From IMG/VR virus record IMGVR_UViG_3300037493_003022, positions 1-64,000 of that record: a DNA stretch of 64,000 bases, one strand, 5' to 3'. Positions 27,113 to 38,622 of the stretch are shown here, piece by piece. Positions within the stretch are counted from its first letter, which is position 1, and each line of letters opens with the position of its first letter. Below the pieces are notes generated by a model that had not been told where the DNA came from, made no database searches, and worked only from the letters and a program-made list of their open reading frames with translations. Source of the DNA: a virus. Position numbers and translations under genes: made by a program.

Positions 27113-30100
27113 TCATGCCGAGTGCTTGATGTAGATTGTACCATCCGGGGCAGCTAAGAACCCAGCTCCCGGATCGGCTGTCCCATACATGACGTTAGCA
27201 ACCTTCGCAGTTGTTCCATCCTGATCTGCGGTAACAGCTACCGCTGCTGGAGACAGCACACCCGTACTAGCGTTGTAAGGTAAACCCGCGTCAGTCTTAT
27301 GGGCTAGGTTGCCAGTGGCCGCTTCAAATAGCGCAACATAACAGGTGGCAGAAACGGTATCTGCAACTGAAACGGTAGCGGCGTTACCTGTTATGGAACC
27401 CGCGATAGCATTCGTGCATTCAAGGTCAGTGAACCAACCTTTAAAGACTCTTGTTCCAGTAACACCAATCGAACCACTCATCGTAAGGTTTGTGGCACCC
27501 AGAGCGAGTGTTGTGGCAGCGATGGTTAAAGAACCTGTCGCATGAGTCAAGGTCACGTTACTAGCGGCAAAGTTAATTACCGCGCCGGAAGCTAAGAAAA
27601 GATTAGAGAACGCTGTTCCTGAAGCACCTATAGAACCACTACCATTTGATGTTGCTAAAACAGACGGTGTTGTCAATGATGTGACAAACGTAGGGGCTGT
27701 ATCAAGTACCACTTTCCCTGTGGAGGTCCCAGTTACCCCTGTGACAGAGGTTAAATAATTCAGCTTAGTAACTGTAGTGGTTAGTGCGACACCGCCTAGC
27801 GTGGGCAAGTTGGTAGAGGTTAGGTCGGTTGTCCACAACCTCTTTGCAACACCCAGGCCACCGGCTGTAGTTAACGCGGCGACTGTGGTAGAGCTAGCTT
27901 CCAAGGAAGAAGTTACGTTTACCTGACCTGTTGTTAAATCTGCTGTGTTTGCGCGAAGAGTTAAGTTGTTAGCTGTTAGGTGTGAACCGGCTACTGTCGG
28001 AACAACTACTGACGTTGATAAATAAGCAGTTTTTGGCCTGGTTGCCCCGGATGCGCCTATATCGTATGTGGCATCCGTGAACAACAAGTTTCCCGTAAGC
28101 GTGCCACCTGTAAGTGGTAGCTTAGAGGAATCAGTGACAGCCGCCCAACTTAGGGTTCCGTTTGCGGCAGCGTCGGTAAGCACTTGCCCAGCTACAGTAG
28201 CCATAGCTGTCGGTAAGATGTACGCAGCGTTCGCCGCCTGTGTGCCAGCCGTAAAAGTCGTATAGAAGCTATTAGAAGAACCTGCGCTAAACAACTTTAC
28301 GGACCCTGGAGTGTTGGTGGCTGCAACCAATCCCAGGGTTATCCCTGAAGAAGACTCTATATCGGTGAACCACCCTTTGGAGATTCTGGAACCCGTTGCT
28401 GCAAGAGCCCCGGTCATAGTGAGATTCGTAGTCCCAAGTGCAAAGGTTGTCGTGCTACCTAAAGTTAAGGTATTTGAGGCATGGGTTAGTGTTACATCAC
28501 CGGATGCAAAGTTAATCGCTGCTCCAGAGGCTAAGAAAAGATTAGAGAAGGCAGTTCCAGAGGCACCTATAGAACCACTGTTATCACCTGTAGCTAAAAC
28601 AGACGGCGTTGTTAATGACGTAACAAAAGTAGGAGCTGTATCAAGAACAACTTTACCTGTAGACGTACCTGTGATTCCAGTGACTGAAGTAAGATAATTT
28701 AGCTTGGTGACAGTTGTTGTTAGCGCGACACCACCGAGAGTAGGCAGATTTGTAGAAGTTAAATCTGTTGTCCAGAGTCGCTTGGCAACGCCCAAGCCAC
28801 CCGCAGTAGTCAGTGAGGCAACTGTGGTAGAGCTAGCCTCCAAAGAAGAGGTTACGTCTACTTGACCTGTTGTCAGGTCAGCGGTGTTTGCGCGAAGAGT
28901 TAAGTTGTTAGCTGTTAAATGAGACCCTGAAACCGTAGGAACAATTATAGACGAAGACAAATACGCAGTTCTTGGTCTAGTTGCTCCAGAAGCACCTATA
29001 TCGTATGTGGCATCTGTAAACAGAAGATTTCCAGTAAGCGTTCCTCCGGTTAGGGGCAGCTTAGTGGAATCCAGTGTGCTCGGAGTTACCCAACTTAAAG
29101 TTCCGTTAGCGGCGGAATCAGTAAGAACTTGACCGGCTACCGTTGCGATAGAACTTGGTAATGTGAATGTTGGAGTTCCTGCGATAGCTGGAACAGTGAT
29201 GATACAAGTTCCAGAAGTTAAACCTTTAAGCTCAATTGATCCTGTAGACCCTAAGGCAGCTCCTACGGTAATCTTAGTTGGAAAAACAGGAGCAGCTAGA
29301 GGAGCATAATCCGCTATCGTTGCGAAAGCACCCGTCCCTAGTGTTCCACCTGTACCCATATTCAAAGTGGAACCTGTAGTTCCATCTAAAATAAACTTTT
29401 TACCTGAAGCGGCGAAGGCTGAGATGTATACCCATGACCAGGAAGAGGTGTCTGTGCCAGAAGTTAGGATGCACGTAACCATGCAGTAGGTTCCGGGAGC
29501 CATCACTGTAAGAGTGTTCGATCCCGAGGACTGCACCGTTAGTAGTCCGGTACTAAGATTCTGCAACTCCCACACCTGGCCGAGAACTACATTGTTGGCA
29601 ACGGGCATTTTAACCGTATGCGCCAACGTCCCAGAGAATATCTGCTGCCTAGTAGACGACACTGTAAGCGTTATGGTCCCGCCAGAAGATGTATCTGTAT
29701 AACCATCGATCTGATTTGTCGCGGTCAGATTGCCATTGGCATCTCTCATAGCCAAAGTGCTCGCTATTGCAGCAGTGGCTACGCCTGTTCCGGTTGCGGT
29801 TCCAATAATCTCTGGAGTAGTCAACTTCGAAGAAGTATTTGAAATAACTCCTAAGAAGGTCTGAGCGACATTATCTGTTCTCGCTAGCGTAGAACTGGTA
29901 CTCGGAAGAGTGTGAGTCGTCGCGTCGGTACCGTCAAACGTGATTGAGTGCTGGACCGTGAGGGTTTTCCCAGCCGTGATCGAGAGCCCGTGGACACCTG
30001 TCTGCACGGAGGCGTGCCCACTTACCGCACCAGAAGCTTCAAAAGCAGAGCTGGAGATGGTGTGCTGATGGTTAGCTCGGCAGAAGTCATTCGAGTCGCC

Positions 30101-33100
30101 CGCACTCGCAGCACCTCCAACAGTGACAGCGACCGGCGTTCCAACGGTCAGAGCCATCCCTAAAGCGCCACCTGGGAGATGCAGAGAGGCGTGATTTCCA
30201 ACGTCTACGCCATCGACGTTGCCGACGTTCGTGATGTCATTTCCGCCCATGTTAAGGTCGTCGGACATGCTCCGCGTACCGCTGACGAGTAGATACTGCT
30301 TGTGGTCATCATCCGGCAGACCCGACAGGAGACCGTGATCGCTGACACCTGCTGTACCACCACCGCCACCGGAGGTAGCCTGCGGCCGGATGTCCACGAA
30401 CGACGCGATTCCAACTCCCTGTTGGACCACGACCATCGCGATGGGCATCACGCTGTCCTGAAGGAACGTCGGGATGTTGGCCTGAAGGAGAGCTTCTGCT
30501 GCTGCTCGGGTCTCCACCTGCTCGGCGCCGTATATGAGCGAGAGGCGCCCATCCGACGTGAGGAATAGGGTGTCTGCGCGGTGCCATCCCGCAGTCATCG
30601 CCGTAAGCGTCCCAGCGAGATCGTACTGCGTGATGTTGACTTGCGTGACGCTGGCTACTTCCGTAGCCGCCCCCGTGCCGTAGAAGTACGACCACGTCGA
30701 GTCACCGCTCGGCGCGGAGTAAACTACAGGGTCGTGGCCGATATAGTACGAACCTGACTCGACTGCTAAGTTGCGAACCCCTGTCCCTTGAGCGATTCCA
30801 AGACCCGAGGCGAGAGCGCGAGGAGCGGTCACAAGCAAGTAGGTTTGCAACTGCTCCCACGGGGCAGTCAGATAGTTGCGCGTCTGGTGACTGAACCGTA
30901 TCCCCGTGCCATCGGTAACGACAGTCCGCAGCAGGATACTATCACCATAGGCGACCGGGGAGTCAGTGACCTTCACAACTCCATCTGCGCCATCCACATA
31001 AACGTAGTTCGTAGTGCTTGGGAGAAGGTCTAAGTTGGTAGCTGCCAGCCATACTATCCACTTTGCGTCATCGTTAGGATCACCTCTGCGAGCCCAGCCA
31101 TCGCCAGCGGTGACGTTGACGTGGAGCCCTGTTCCATTCGTAACGAGGCCACCATCGCACACACCCGTGCTCGTGTAGTCCGCGAAGAAGTCGCCGAAAT
31201 CGACCTGGCGGGAAGACCCCAGGTACTGAAACTTCGTGTCGCCCACCATCACGGCCTGCTTGGTATTCCGCACCTGGATGTTGCCGACGACCTGCGCCCC
31301 GGCTGCCAGCGACTGCTTGATCGAATCCACTGAGATGGTCGCGAAGGCGACGCCCGTCGCGGACTCAATAACGAAGTCCAAGGCGTTGGCATCGGTGCTC
31401 CCGCCCTGAGTGCTGATGAACGTTCCACTGCCACCCGCGCCGATGTGGTACGCGATCGAGCTGTTCGAAATCTCCACAGCAGACACGGTGATCTTCGACC
31501 CATTGTCGGCGAAGATGACCTCGGCGGTCATCGGGTCGTTACATGCCACCGAGAATGATCCCGTGGCAACGGAACACACGGCGCCGTTGTTGACTTCGAG
31601 CACACGGGAGATCGGATTCGGAGGAGTCTCCGCAGCATACAAGGGCAGGACAGCGGCCGGAACGTTTGCAAACGACCCTTGAAGCGCGGCGAACGTCCCT
31701 GCGCCCGTGACAAGCATCCCGATGCCGATGCCAAGACTCGGACCCGCGACGATCATGGAGTAGTTCGTTGCGACCGCAGCGGCCCCGCCCTCAACCATGA
31801 TGCCGCAGTAGCAGCCATTGACCGCGATGCCCTGAAGGATGCTCAGGGTTCCTGGCGTCGCGCATTTGATCAGCGCCTTGCCAGGCTGGGCCACGCCGAT
31901 GAGGTGGTGACCGTGAAGGTTTCCGCCGTTCACCAAGAACAGATCCTTGGTCGGGTCCGCTGCGATGATGAACACGGTGTCCGCTCGCGCGTCGGTCGTG
32001 ATCATGATCAGACCTGCGGGGACAGCCATCTCGGCCGGCTCGAAGTAGGTGCCAGGATGGGACTTGATTACCCACGGGTTGGCAGAACTCACGCCCTGGA
32101 GAGTGCAGTAGGCAATCGCGGAGGCGTGCGCCCCGTAAGGCACCGGCCCATATCCCGTCATCACGATCGTCGGCACGAAATCGCACTCGCTGCCCATGCC
32201 ACCGACCGTCACGGTGTTTGCGATATGCGGGATGTGCCAGTGGTTCGTAGCGCGGACGTTAGTTGTGAGCTGGGTTTTATCGGCGGGAAGGATGTGCTGG
32301 AAGTCACCGACATCCAGACCGCCCATCTCGTTGTGAGTGACGATCGCCCCGGAGGCGTTGGAGATGTTTTTCGTGACCCACGAGACCGAAGTCTGCGCTG
32401 TGTCGGTCGTGCGGATGCGTGCCTTCACGGGGTTCGCGTAGGCATCACTCGTCTGGTAGATGACAGAGCTGCACGCGACCCACTCCATGATCGGCAGCGT
32501 GGATGCGAGGATCGCGTTCAGCTCCGTGGTCGCGCCCTGTCGCGCCTCGAGCTGGCTGGCATAAACCGTCGTCCCCATGATGGCGATAAACGGGCTGAGG
32601 GTGTCGTTGGTCATGAGGATATGCGCCAACACGAACCCACCCTCGGGCACCTCCGATTGCTGCCACGTCGCGCCGGTCCACTCGTTACGCGCGAGGCGCC
32701 CCGTGCCCGTGGTGAGCACGGAGTAGCCTGCGTTGGAATTCTTGCGCCAGAGCCCGGTGGCCCCGGAGCGCCAGAACACGGGCATCCCCACCGTCGAGGC
32801 AACTGGAGTCTTGAGGTGGGTCAGGTCCTCGTCGAGCAGGATCGTGTAGTCCGTCCCGAACTGGGCGTGGCTGGCGAGACTGCCATCTGCATCGGCGACG
32901 ACACTGGTTAGCCCGCCGCCCTGGAGCAGATAGCTACCAAACCTGAAATGCCACATCGTGTGGTCCATCCCGTCCATCACGATGCCATGCCGCTCGTTCT
33001 CCAGTGAGAGCGAGACATTGTTGTCTGCGTCCCAGTATACAAAGGAGACGAGGGCCTTCTCGCGGATAAGCTGGCCCTCGCGGAACACTGAGGGGTTTGC

Positions 33101-33928
33101 CTCCGTCTTGAGCACGCCATCCGTGTCGAAGTAAAAGGCGTGCAGCCCCTCGGTGTCGGTGATGTCTACGGTCTGCGCGGTCGTTTTGGTGTACTCCACG
33201 CCTTGAACCCAAAATCGGAACGAGGCGAACGGCGGAAACGACGGCTCGATCTTGAACTGCCGCAGCCCGTCGTTGAAGCTGATGCGGCTGTAGAGGAGCT
33301 GGTCGGGGTACGGGAAGCCCGTGGGCTCCTGCCGATCCGCCTCGAGCCGGTCGCGATAGGAGATGATGTCGTTGATTGCAGCGGTGTCAGACGGACCTAT
33401 TGGACCCTCTGGACCTTCTGGACCCTCTGGACCAACGGGACCTTCTGGCCCCGCTGGACCTTCTGGGCCTGCCGGACCTTCTGGACCCTCTGGACCAACG
33501 GGACCTTCTGGCCCCGCTGGACCTTCTGGGCCTGGTTCGCCTTGAGGACCCACTACACCCTTGATATTTACAGACCAATAGGAGTAAATACCTGTTCCTG
33601 TTACGGATACGACTTCGAATATTAGAGACCCGTTATCGTAAGAAACGACCACTCCGTCTATAAAGTTATCATTATCATACGCAATAGTAATCGGCTGAGC
33701 TGGGGTATAAGCAAGATCCTGACTTATTTCAACGGTCACCTCACCGGAGATTGAGCTTAGATCCAATTCTGCGGAGGTATAGGTCATATACCTATCACCC
33801 GGAGGACCTGCCTCTCCTGGAAGTCCGGGTGCGCCTGGTTCTCCTGCCGGACCTGCTGGCCCTGGTCTTCTCGGATTTAGAAGTTCCATTGGTCTCCTTG
33901 TGATGCGAAAATTGTCACTGGACGCCAC
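27113..33928 (-). CDS. giant collagen-containing tail fibre (2271 aa)
   Basis: GPx collagen tracts, Thr/Gly/Ala-rich fibre modules, internal duplication; follows baseplate J. Confidence 0.82.
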   Translation of the reverse strand: MASSDNFRITRRPMELLNPRRPGPAGPAGEPGAPGLPGEAGPPGDRYMTYTSAELDLSSISGEVTVEISQDLAYTPAQPITIAYDNDNFIDGVVVSYDNGSLIFEVVSVTGTGIYSYWSVNIKGVVGPQGEPGPEGPAGPEGPVGPEGPEGPAGPEGPAGPEGPVGPEGPEGPEGPIGPSDTAAINDIISYRDRLEADRQEPTGFPYPDQLLYSRISFNDGLRQFKIEPSFPPFASFRFWVQGVEYTKTTAQTVDITDTEGLHAFYFDTDGVLKTEANPSVFREGQLIREKALVSFVYWDADNNVSLSLENERHGIVMDGMDHTMWHFRFGSYLLQGGGLTSVVADADGSLASHAQFGTDYTILLDEDLTHLKTPVASTVGMPVFWRSGATGLWRKNSNAGYSVLTTGTGRLARNEWTGATWQQSEVPEGGFVLAHILMTNDTLSPFIAIMGTTVYASQLEARQGATTELNAILASTLPIMEWVACSSVIYQTSDAYANPVKARIRTTDTAQTSVSWVTKNISNASGAIVTHNEMGGLDVGDFQHILPADKTQLTTNVRATNHWHIPHIANTVTVGGMGSECDFVPTIVMTGYGPVPYGAHASAIAYCTLQGVSSANPWVIKSHPGTYFEPAEMAVPAGLIMITTDARADTVFIIAADPTKDLFLVNGGNLHGHHLIGVAQPGKALIKCATPGTLSILQGIAVNGCYCGIMVEGGAAAVATNYSMIVAGPSLGIGIGMLVTGAGTFAALQGSFANVPAAVLPLYAAETPPNPISRVLEVNNGAVCSVATGSFSVACNDPMTAEVIFADNGSKITVSAVEISNSSIAYHIGAGGSGTFISTQGGSTDANALDFVIESATGVAFATISVDSIKQSLAAGAQVVGNIQVRNTKQAVMVGDTKFQYLGSSRQVDFGDFFADYTSTGVCDGGLVTNGTGLHVNVTAGDGWARRGDPNDDAKWIVWLAATNLDLLPSTTNYVYVDGADGVVKVTDSPVAYGDSILLRTVVTDGTGIRFSHQTRNYLTAPWEQLQTYLLVTAPRALASGLGIAQGTGVRNLAVESGSYYIGHDPVVYSAPSGDSTWSYFYGTGAATEVASVTQVNITQYDLAGTLTAMTAGWHRADTLFLTSDGRLSLIYGAEQVETRAAAEALLQANIPTFLQDSVMPIAMVVVQQGVGIASFVDIRPQATSGGGGGTAGVSDHGLLSGLPDDDHKQYLLVSGTRSMSDDLNMGGNDITNVGNVDGVDVGNHASLHLPGGALGMALTVGTPVAVTVGGAASAGDSNDFCRANHQHTISSSAFEASGAVSGHASVQTGVHGLSITAGKTLTVQHSITFDGTDATTHTLPSTSSTLARTDNVAQTFLGVISNTSSKLTTPEIIGTATGTGVATAAIASTLAMRDANGNLTATNQIDGYTDTSSGGTITLTVSSTRQQIFSGTLAHTVKMPVANNVVLGQVWELQNLSTGLLTVQSSGSNTLTVMAPGTYCMVTCILTSGTDTSSWSWVYISAFAASGKKFILDGTTGSTLNMGTGGTLGTGAFATIADYAPLAAPVFPTKITVGAALGSTGSIELKGLTSGTCIITVPAIAGTPTFTLPSSIATVAGQVLTDSAANGTLSWVTPSTLDSTKLPLTGGTLTGNLLFTDATYDIGASGATRPRTAYLSSSIIVPTVSGSHLTANNLTLRANTADLTTGQVDVTSSLEASSTTVASLTTAGGLGVAKRLWTTDLTSTNLPTLGGVALTTTVTKLNYLTSVTGITGTSTGKVVLDTAPTFVTSLTTPSVLATGDNSGSIGASGTAFSNLFLASGAAINFASGDVTLTHASNTLTLGSTTTFALGTTNLTMTGALAATGSRISKGWFTDIESSSGITLGLVAATNTPGSVKLFSAGSSNSFYTTFTAGTQAANAAYILPTAMATVAGQVLTDAAANGTLSWAAVTDSSKLPLTGGTLTGNLLFTDATYDIGASGATRPKTAYLSTSVVVPTVAGSHLTANNLTLRANTADLTTGQVNVTSSLEASSTTVAALTTAGGLGVAKRLWTTDLTSTNLPTLGGVALTTTVTKLNYLTSVTGVTGTSTGKVVLDTAPTFVTSLTTPSVLATSNGSGSIGASGTAFSNLFLASGAVINFAASNVTLTHATGSLTIAATTLALGATNLTMSGSIGVTGTRVFKGWFTDLECTNAIAGSITGNAATVSVADTVSATCYVALFEAATGNLAHKTDAGLPYNASTGVLSPAAVAVTADQDGTTAKVANVMYGTADPGAGFLAAPDGTIYIKHSA
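27415..29147 (-). repeat. internal tandem duplication (~260-aa unit, ~940-nt period) in the 2271-aa fibre
   Basis: [54 protein letters not shown] occurs at about 28357-29147 and 27415-28202. Confidence 0.9.
33395..33550 (-). repeat. collagen-coding 9-bp tandem repeats including a near-exact 63-bp duplication
   Basis: ggaccttct/ggaccctct units; 33411-33471 recurs at 33474-33534. Confidence 0.9.
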
Positions 33929-35681
33929 CTTCTAACGTAAGTTGGAAAGTAGAATCCTTTAGGATAGTGAGTTCGTCATAATCCGGGTCTATGTTGCTAG
34001 CATAGGCAGTTGTCTTTATCTCAAACTTACAGGTATTTGTCGGAGGAGTTGACCCCGCAGTAACAACAAAAGAAATTCTCTTGTCAGTGCTTACGAATAA
34101 AGACCCGATTAGTCCTGTTCCTTGGAATCCCGTGTTGGCACCGTACACCTCAAAGACCGTGGGACTCGTAAAAGTTACGTAATAGGTCTCCTTGAGAGTG
34201 GTTGGTCCTACTCCGAAAGTTCCGAACGTAACATTGGTAGTTCCACCCTGCGTCTGTCTCGGATTGGGGTATCTTTGCATCTGAACAACGTCAACGTAGT
34301 TTACTCCGTATATGCCTTCAACGGCTTCGTAAACCTTTGACATAGCGTACTGTTGACCTAATATTTGATTATCCGTATTGAACAATGAAGTAAGGGCATC
34401 CTCAACGGATCTTTGAACAGATACAGCTCTCACGTTAGAAATACAGTACACGCGGATAGCTAAATAAATCTCCGCTACTCTACACGGAATAACGTGGAGG
34501 ATAACCGGGGTGGATTTCTTCTGAGTGATAACAGTTCCTACTGTGTAAAGAAGACCGCTTCCTGTTTCCGTGTATGGATTCCAAGAACCCGTTGGAATTG
34601 GGTTCATCCCACTGGTAGCTATCACGACTCTTTCTTCAAAGGCACCTGTTCCACGAGAAGCATGGGCGTGCTTAACACCCATGACAGAGCGAGCTATGGT
34701 AGCGTAATCTTCGTGCGTCACGCATCTATCCATTGCCCGCAAACTAAGGGGAGCGTTGACTTTGGCTTCTACTATGGACTCTTTGTCCATTCCACCACTG
34801 GGAACAGCTTCGTTTGTAATCGAAGTGATAAAAGACAAGGCAGAACCTGAAGAGGTGAGTCTCGTAACCTTCCCTATTCCAACTTCGTTGCCTTTGTGCC
34901 CACCACCAACTCGATAAGAGACACTCAGATTATTGGAACCGCTTGCGGGAATTGCTCCGTTAACTCCATTTCCAAATATGACAACTACGTTATCGAATTC
35001 ATCGATTCGAACTTGGTAATGCTCATCTGTCGGAGATGAAGACAAGAAGTTATCTACCTCTGTCCAGATGGTTGTCGTCATTCCAGAGGTAACCGCGACT
35101 GATAAAGAGGAGTTGGACAGTGAATTGAGAGCCAACGGTTTTCTTAGTAGAGGAAAGGACTGAGATATTTTCCCGGTGCTAGAGCCTAGAATCTCTTCGT
35201 AAGTCGTTCCCTCGTAGGCGTAGATTTGTTTTGTCTCTGCGCTAGAGAAAGTCTCATTCGTAAGAGTTTCAAACCTCAAGGAAGTGGACCCATCCGTGGT
35301 ATCGACGGAAAAGTAAGACTTCGCCGGAATCGTTCCTGCCCCACTGGAAACTACTGTCAGCAGAATTTGGGCGCTAACGGCAGGCCGAAGTTCGTACCCC
35401 AGGAGCTTGCAGTGCTCGATAACGGAACGTCTCTGCACAGCAGAAGGGAAGAGAGCCTCATTTGCCATTCTGTCCTGATAATAGGAGAGGTTGTCTGCGG
35501 CAAAAGAGAGCGCTTCTACGTAGGCGACGCCAATATCGAATTGAGACCTATCAGACCAAGCTGGAAGATATTGGTCAGCCAAACCACCGGAGGAGAGAAT
35601 GTCAGACCGAAAAGCTTCAAAATCTCTTGATGTTAGATCAACTGAGATGGTCTGACCGGATAACGTGGTGACAACAGGCAT
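33915..35681 (-). CDS. baseplate J/gp47-like wedge protein
   Basis: [37 protein letters not shown]; [10 protein letters not shown]; YRVGGG..GN; DRCVTHEDY. Confidence 0.92.
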   Translation of the reverse strand: MPVVTTLSGQTISVDLTSRDFEAFRSDILSSGGLADQYLPAWSDRSQFDIGVAYVEALSFAADNLSYYQDRMANEALFPSAVQRRSVIEHCKLLGYELRPAVSAQILLTVVSSGAGTIPAKSYFSVDTTDGSTSLRFETLTNETFSSAETKQIYAYEGTTYEEILGSSTGKISQSFPLLRKPLALNSLSNSSLSVAVTSGMTTTIWTEVDNFLSSSPTDEHYQVRIDEFDNVVVIFGNGVNGAIPASGSNNLSVSYRVGGGHKGNEVGIGKVTRLTSSGSALSFITSITNEAVPSGGMDKESIVEAKVNAPLSLRAMDRCVTHEDYATIARSVMGVKHAHASRGTGAFEERVVIATSGMNPIPTGSWNPYTETGSGLLYTVGTVITQKKSTPVILHVIPCRVAEIYLAIRVYCISNVRAVSVQRSVEDALTSLFNTDNQILGQQYAMSKVYEAVEGIYGVNYVDVVQMQRYPNPRQTQGGTTNVTFGTFGVGPTTLKETYYVTFTSPTVFEVYGANTGFQGTGLIGSLFVSTDKRISFVVTAGSTPPTNTCKFEIKTTAYASNIDPDYDELTILKDSTFQLTLEGGVQ

Positions 35682-36065
35682 CTACACCTCCTTCAGTTCG
35701 AGACTCAGTGTAGCAAATTCTCCGGTGTTTTTGAAAGCATACGCGACCTCTGCGATCACATAAGACCCAGAGCTATTCTCACCTTTGATTAGGTTAACCG
35801 TAACTCCTGCTGCGCGTGGTTCATACCGAAGGATAGCTTCAATTATGAACTTTCTAAATAGAACGGCGTAAGCATCTGTGAAATTACGGAGCACTGACTG
35901 ATAGGAAATCACACCCAGAGTTTTGTAAATCAACCTATCCCGTATGTCGCATAAAACCAACGCTTTTAGGTCGGAAGTTACTTTTGAAGAACCCTCTGCT
36001 TTTGTTATGCCTCCAGATTGGCTAACAGAGAAGGGAAATTTAGCTCCGCTAGGATACTGTGACAT
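35682..36065 (-). CDS. gpW/gp25-like baseplate protein
   Basis: GAKFPF..I.EAILRYEPR; adjacent to baseplate J. Confidence 0.8.
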   Translation of the reverse strand: MSQYPSGAKFPFSVSQSGGITKAEGSSKVTSDLKALVLCDIRDRLIYKTLGVISYQSVLRNFTDAYAVLFRKFIIEAILRYEPRAAGVTVNLIKGENSSGSYVIAEVAYAFKNTGEFATLSLELKEV

Positions 36066-37031
36066 CTAGTTCTCCTGTGGAAGAGTCAATCCGAAAAAAC
36101 TAAACAGAGTTGAAATGTCAGCCCCGCCTGTAGCTAGAAACACGCCTCCTACGGTGTAAGTAGCGTTTTCTACATCCAGAGGACCTCCTTGAGTAGAATT
36201 CCATTGCTCATAAAGCCAGTCGGCGTCTCCGTGTCCCGCTACGGGTAACAAAAAGACACCTTCAAAATTTAAGATGGCGTTTATGGTCTGTATGACATTG
36301 AATATCTTAGTTAGGAACTCTTGAAGTTCGAGTATCTTATTCGCGATCAAAGATACCGCTGCATCTAGCACGTCACTCGTAGACTGGGGAGGAAGGAGGT
36401 TGTTTATCATTCCTATGAGCATGTTGCAGACCTGATTCATCCCAGGGACAATATCAGCGATCTTTATGGAACTCCAATTGGGATACTGACCCACACCCGC
36501 CACTACTTGAAATTCATTCGGATAGGTCGGCCAGGAAGAAATCTGGGACAGTGAAGCGATCAATCCCTGGAGAAGCCGGAAAAAGTTGTTGAATCTCTCC
36601 ATCAAACTTTTCAGGTTATCGGAGGTAGCCATGACTACGATTGCGCCAACGTAAGCCGCCGGGTCGATTAGGATAGGTCTTCTCTCGTCCATCTTATCGT
36701 ACAGGGATCTCCCAACGGCTCGCAGCCACTCTTCGGGAGTTATGAAATTAGAAAACGACGGTGTGAAATAAGTTAACTTATACACACCTGTTTGCGTAAG
36801 AGCTTGTATGAAAGAATTCAACAAGAGAACTACTGCGTCATACAACTCTTTTATAGCTATTTCTGTAGTGCTACTAAAATCCTGCATAGTCGCGATAAGC
36901 GCGCGCAAGGCACTCGTCGCTGTATTTATCGCGGGCTCTAATACGTCAACTAACGCCTGAATCGCATTGAGTACATCTGTTATTTCGGAAGGAAGAAGTT
37001 CTTGTGGACTAAACTGTATCCATTCAGCCAT
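36066..37031 (-). CDS. helical baseplate-region protein
   Basis: 321-aa ORF between the spike and gp25-like genes. Confidence 0.6.
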   Translation of the reverse strand: MAEWIQFSPQELLPSEITDVLNAIQALVDVLEPAINTATSALRALIATMQDFSSTTEIAIKELYDAVVLLLNSFIQALTQTGVYKLTYFTPSFSNFITPEEWLRAVGRSLYDKMDERRPILIDPAAYVGAIVVMATSDNLKSLMERFNNFFRLLQGLIASLSQISSWPTYPNEFQVVAGVGQYPNWSSIKIADIVPGMNQVCNMLIGMINNLLPPQSTSDVLDAAVSLIANKILELQEFLTKIFNVIQTINAILNFEGVFLLPVAGHGDADWLYEQWNSTQGGPLDVENATYTVGGVFLATGGADISTLFSFFGLTLPQEN

Positions 37032-37246
37032 TTGTTTATCTCCGTTGTGTCTTTGCCCTGAACGGCTAAATGTGTGCTGACACCTTTGAGTTTATCAGCC
37101 TGCTTGTCTAAGGATAGAGCTGTTAGAACAGCTAGACTCTCGGTAAGAGCTGATAATTTTTCGAACACGTTAGGATTATCGGCAGCTAGTTTAGCTCTCT
37201 CGGTGTTCTTCTTTAAGACACTAATTAATGTTTCTTGGTCTATCAT
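36980..37246 (-). CDS. hypothetical protein
   Basis: ATGA coupling to the spike gene. Confidence 0.55.
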   Translation of the reverse strand: MIDQETLISVLKKNTERAKLAADNPNVFEKLSALTESLAVLTALSLDKQADKLKGVSTHLAVQGKDTTEINKWLNGYSLVHKNFFLPK

Positions 37247-38622
37247 TGCTTAACCTTAACAAAAGAGGAGGCACATAAAGCTATTACTGGATTTGTTATA
37301 GCTGGTGTGAACGAGATTGCCAACTCAGCAGACGGCCCGGAAGTACCTAGCGCGGGAACCGGATGGGTGTGCGCCATCAGAGCGGCATATAACGACTGCA
37401 ACAAGGACAGAAGAAAAGTATACTTAACAACCGGATCTACGGAGCCAACTCCCCCTAAAAGAATTGAACCGTCTCCTTGGACACGGACGCATCCATTCGC
37501 AGGCAACATCGGAGAATCTAAAAGATCAGGCGAGACAGGGACACCTGCGAATAACGTTGCGGAACTCATGGCTGGATTTGGAACGGGACCTGCATAACCT
37601 GGAGAAAGGTCTAGTGCGGCCTCGCAGGCGAACCCGGTCTTATCTAAAGCGGAAGCATAGAAAGAACCGTCGTAAGTTTGTACTGAATGGGCTTTAACTT
37701 TATTAGTAGAAAGAGACTGCCCAGTGGTTATGGCCATAGAGACCATCTGAGTTACTTCTGAAGAAACTAGAGACAATTTGCTTCCTGCGAATAACCCTAC
37801 GTTACCACTCGCTAGCACATTGACTAGCCCCTTGGAAACTAACTGATAGGAACCACTCCAAGTTGAGTTACAAGAATTTCCTATCTGAACTAAATCAGAG
37901 GATACGAAGTCACTCCCTACATTGTTTCCAAAAGTCTGAGTAAGGCCGGAAGCGTAGATATGCTCGCAGGGACCGTCTACTAGAACATCCTGTCTTCCTC
38001 CAACATGATGAATATGGTTGTTTCCTACTTCGGTATTCGTATCTCCATTAGACCGTTGTCGTATGTCTGCTATGGAGACAACCTGCAAAGAACCATCCGG
38101 TCCCATCTCAAAGCGAGTACCACTCACATGGGAGAGCTGGACACGATTAGACCCTTCCGTGCCGTCGAATTCTAGGAAGCTACCATCGTGACCCTGGAAG
38201 GTGATGACCTTCGCGTACTCCCCTTGAAATTGACTAGGAGGAATGTTTCCGAAGTCTCTGACGGAGTAGTCGGTAATGTCTGCCTGCCCCTTCCCGTGCT
38301 TAGGCATAAAGCTAGACTTTTGAGAACCCAATGGCCACGGACCGGCGGCCCATAGAGGTCGTTCTGGATCGCCTTCTTCAAACTCAACCCAGACGTAATC
38401 TCCCTTTGCCGGAATGGCGACAAAACCTACGTTTGGAGACCCGCCGAATGGAGGAATGGGCAGTGCCCATCCGAGAGCTTCTTCCATCCCAAGGACAACA
38501 GGAACCTTGGCACGGATGCGACCCATCTTTTTGGGGTCTAAGACATCCTCAACGACTCCTCGATACCTGCCGAAGTATCTTCCCGCAAATCTCTCCGAGA
38601 ATTCGTCAAAGATGCTCGTCAT
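37243..38622 (-). CDS. baseplate central spike (gpV/gp5/VgrG-like OB fold plus beta helix)
   Basis: YFGRYRGVVEDVLDPKKMGRIRAKVP..WALP..P..GDYVWVEFEEGDPERPLW; C-terminal HTH metal-binding tip motif. Confidence 0.92.
   Translation of the reverse strand: MTSIFDEFSERFAGRYFGRYRGVVEDVLDPKKMGRIRAKVPVVLGMEEALGWALPIPPFGGSPNVGFVAIPAKGDYVWVEFEEGDPERPLWAAGPWPLGSQKSSFMPKHGKGQADITDYSVRDFGNIPPSQFQGEYAKVITFQGHDGSFLEFDGTEGSNRVQLSHVSGTRFEMGPDGSLQVVSIADIRQRSNGDTNTEVGNNHIHHVGGRQDVLVDGPCEHIYASGLTQTFGNNVGSDFVSSDLVQIGNSCNSTWSGSYQLVSKGLVNVLASGNVGLFAGSKLSLVSSEVTQMVSMAITTGQSLSTNKVKAHSVQTYDGSFYASALDKTGFACEAALDLSPGYAGPVPNPAMSSATLFAGVPVSPDLLDSPMLPANGCVRVQGDGSILLGGVGSVDPVVKYTFLLSLLQSLYAALMAHTHPVPALGTSGPSAELAISFTPAITNPVIALCASSFVKVKQ

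Noticed and set aside
27415-29147. DGR template/variable repeat pair
   Set aside because: Differences are mostly synonymous and not adenine-specific; both copies are coding; no reverse transcriptase in the window
31679-32911. 410-aa plus-strand ORF and similar ORFs at 9775, 26070, 46104 and 50924
   Set aside because: Antisense shadows in GC-rich coding blocks
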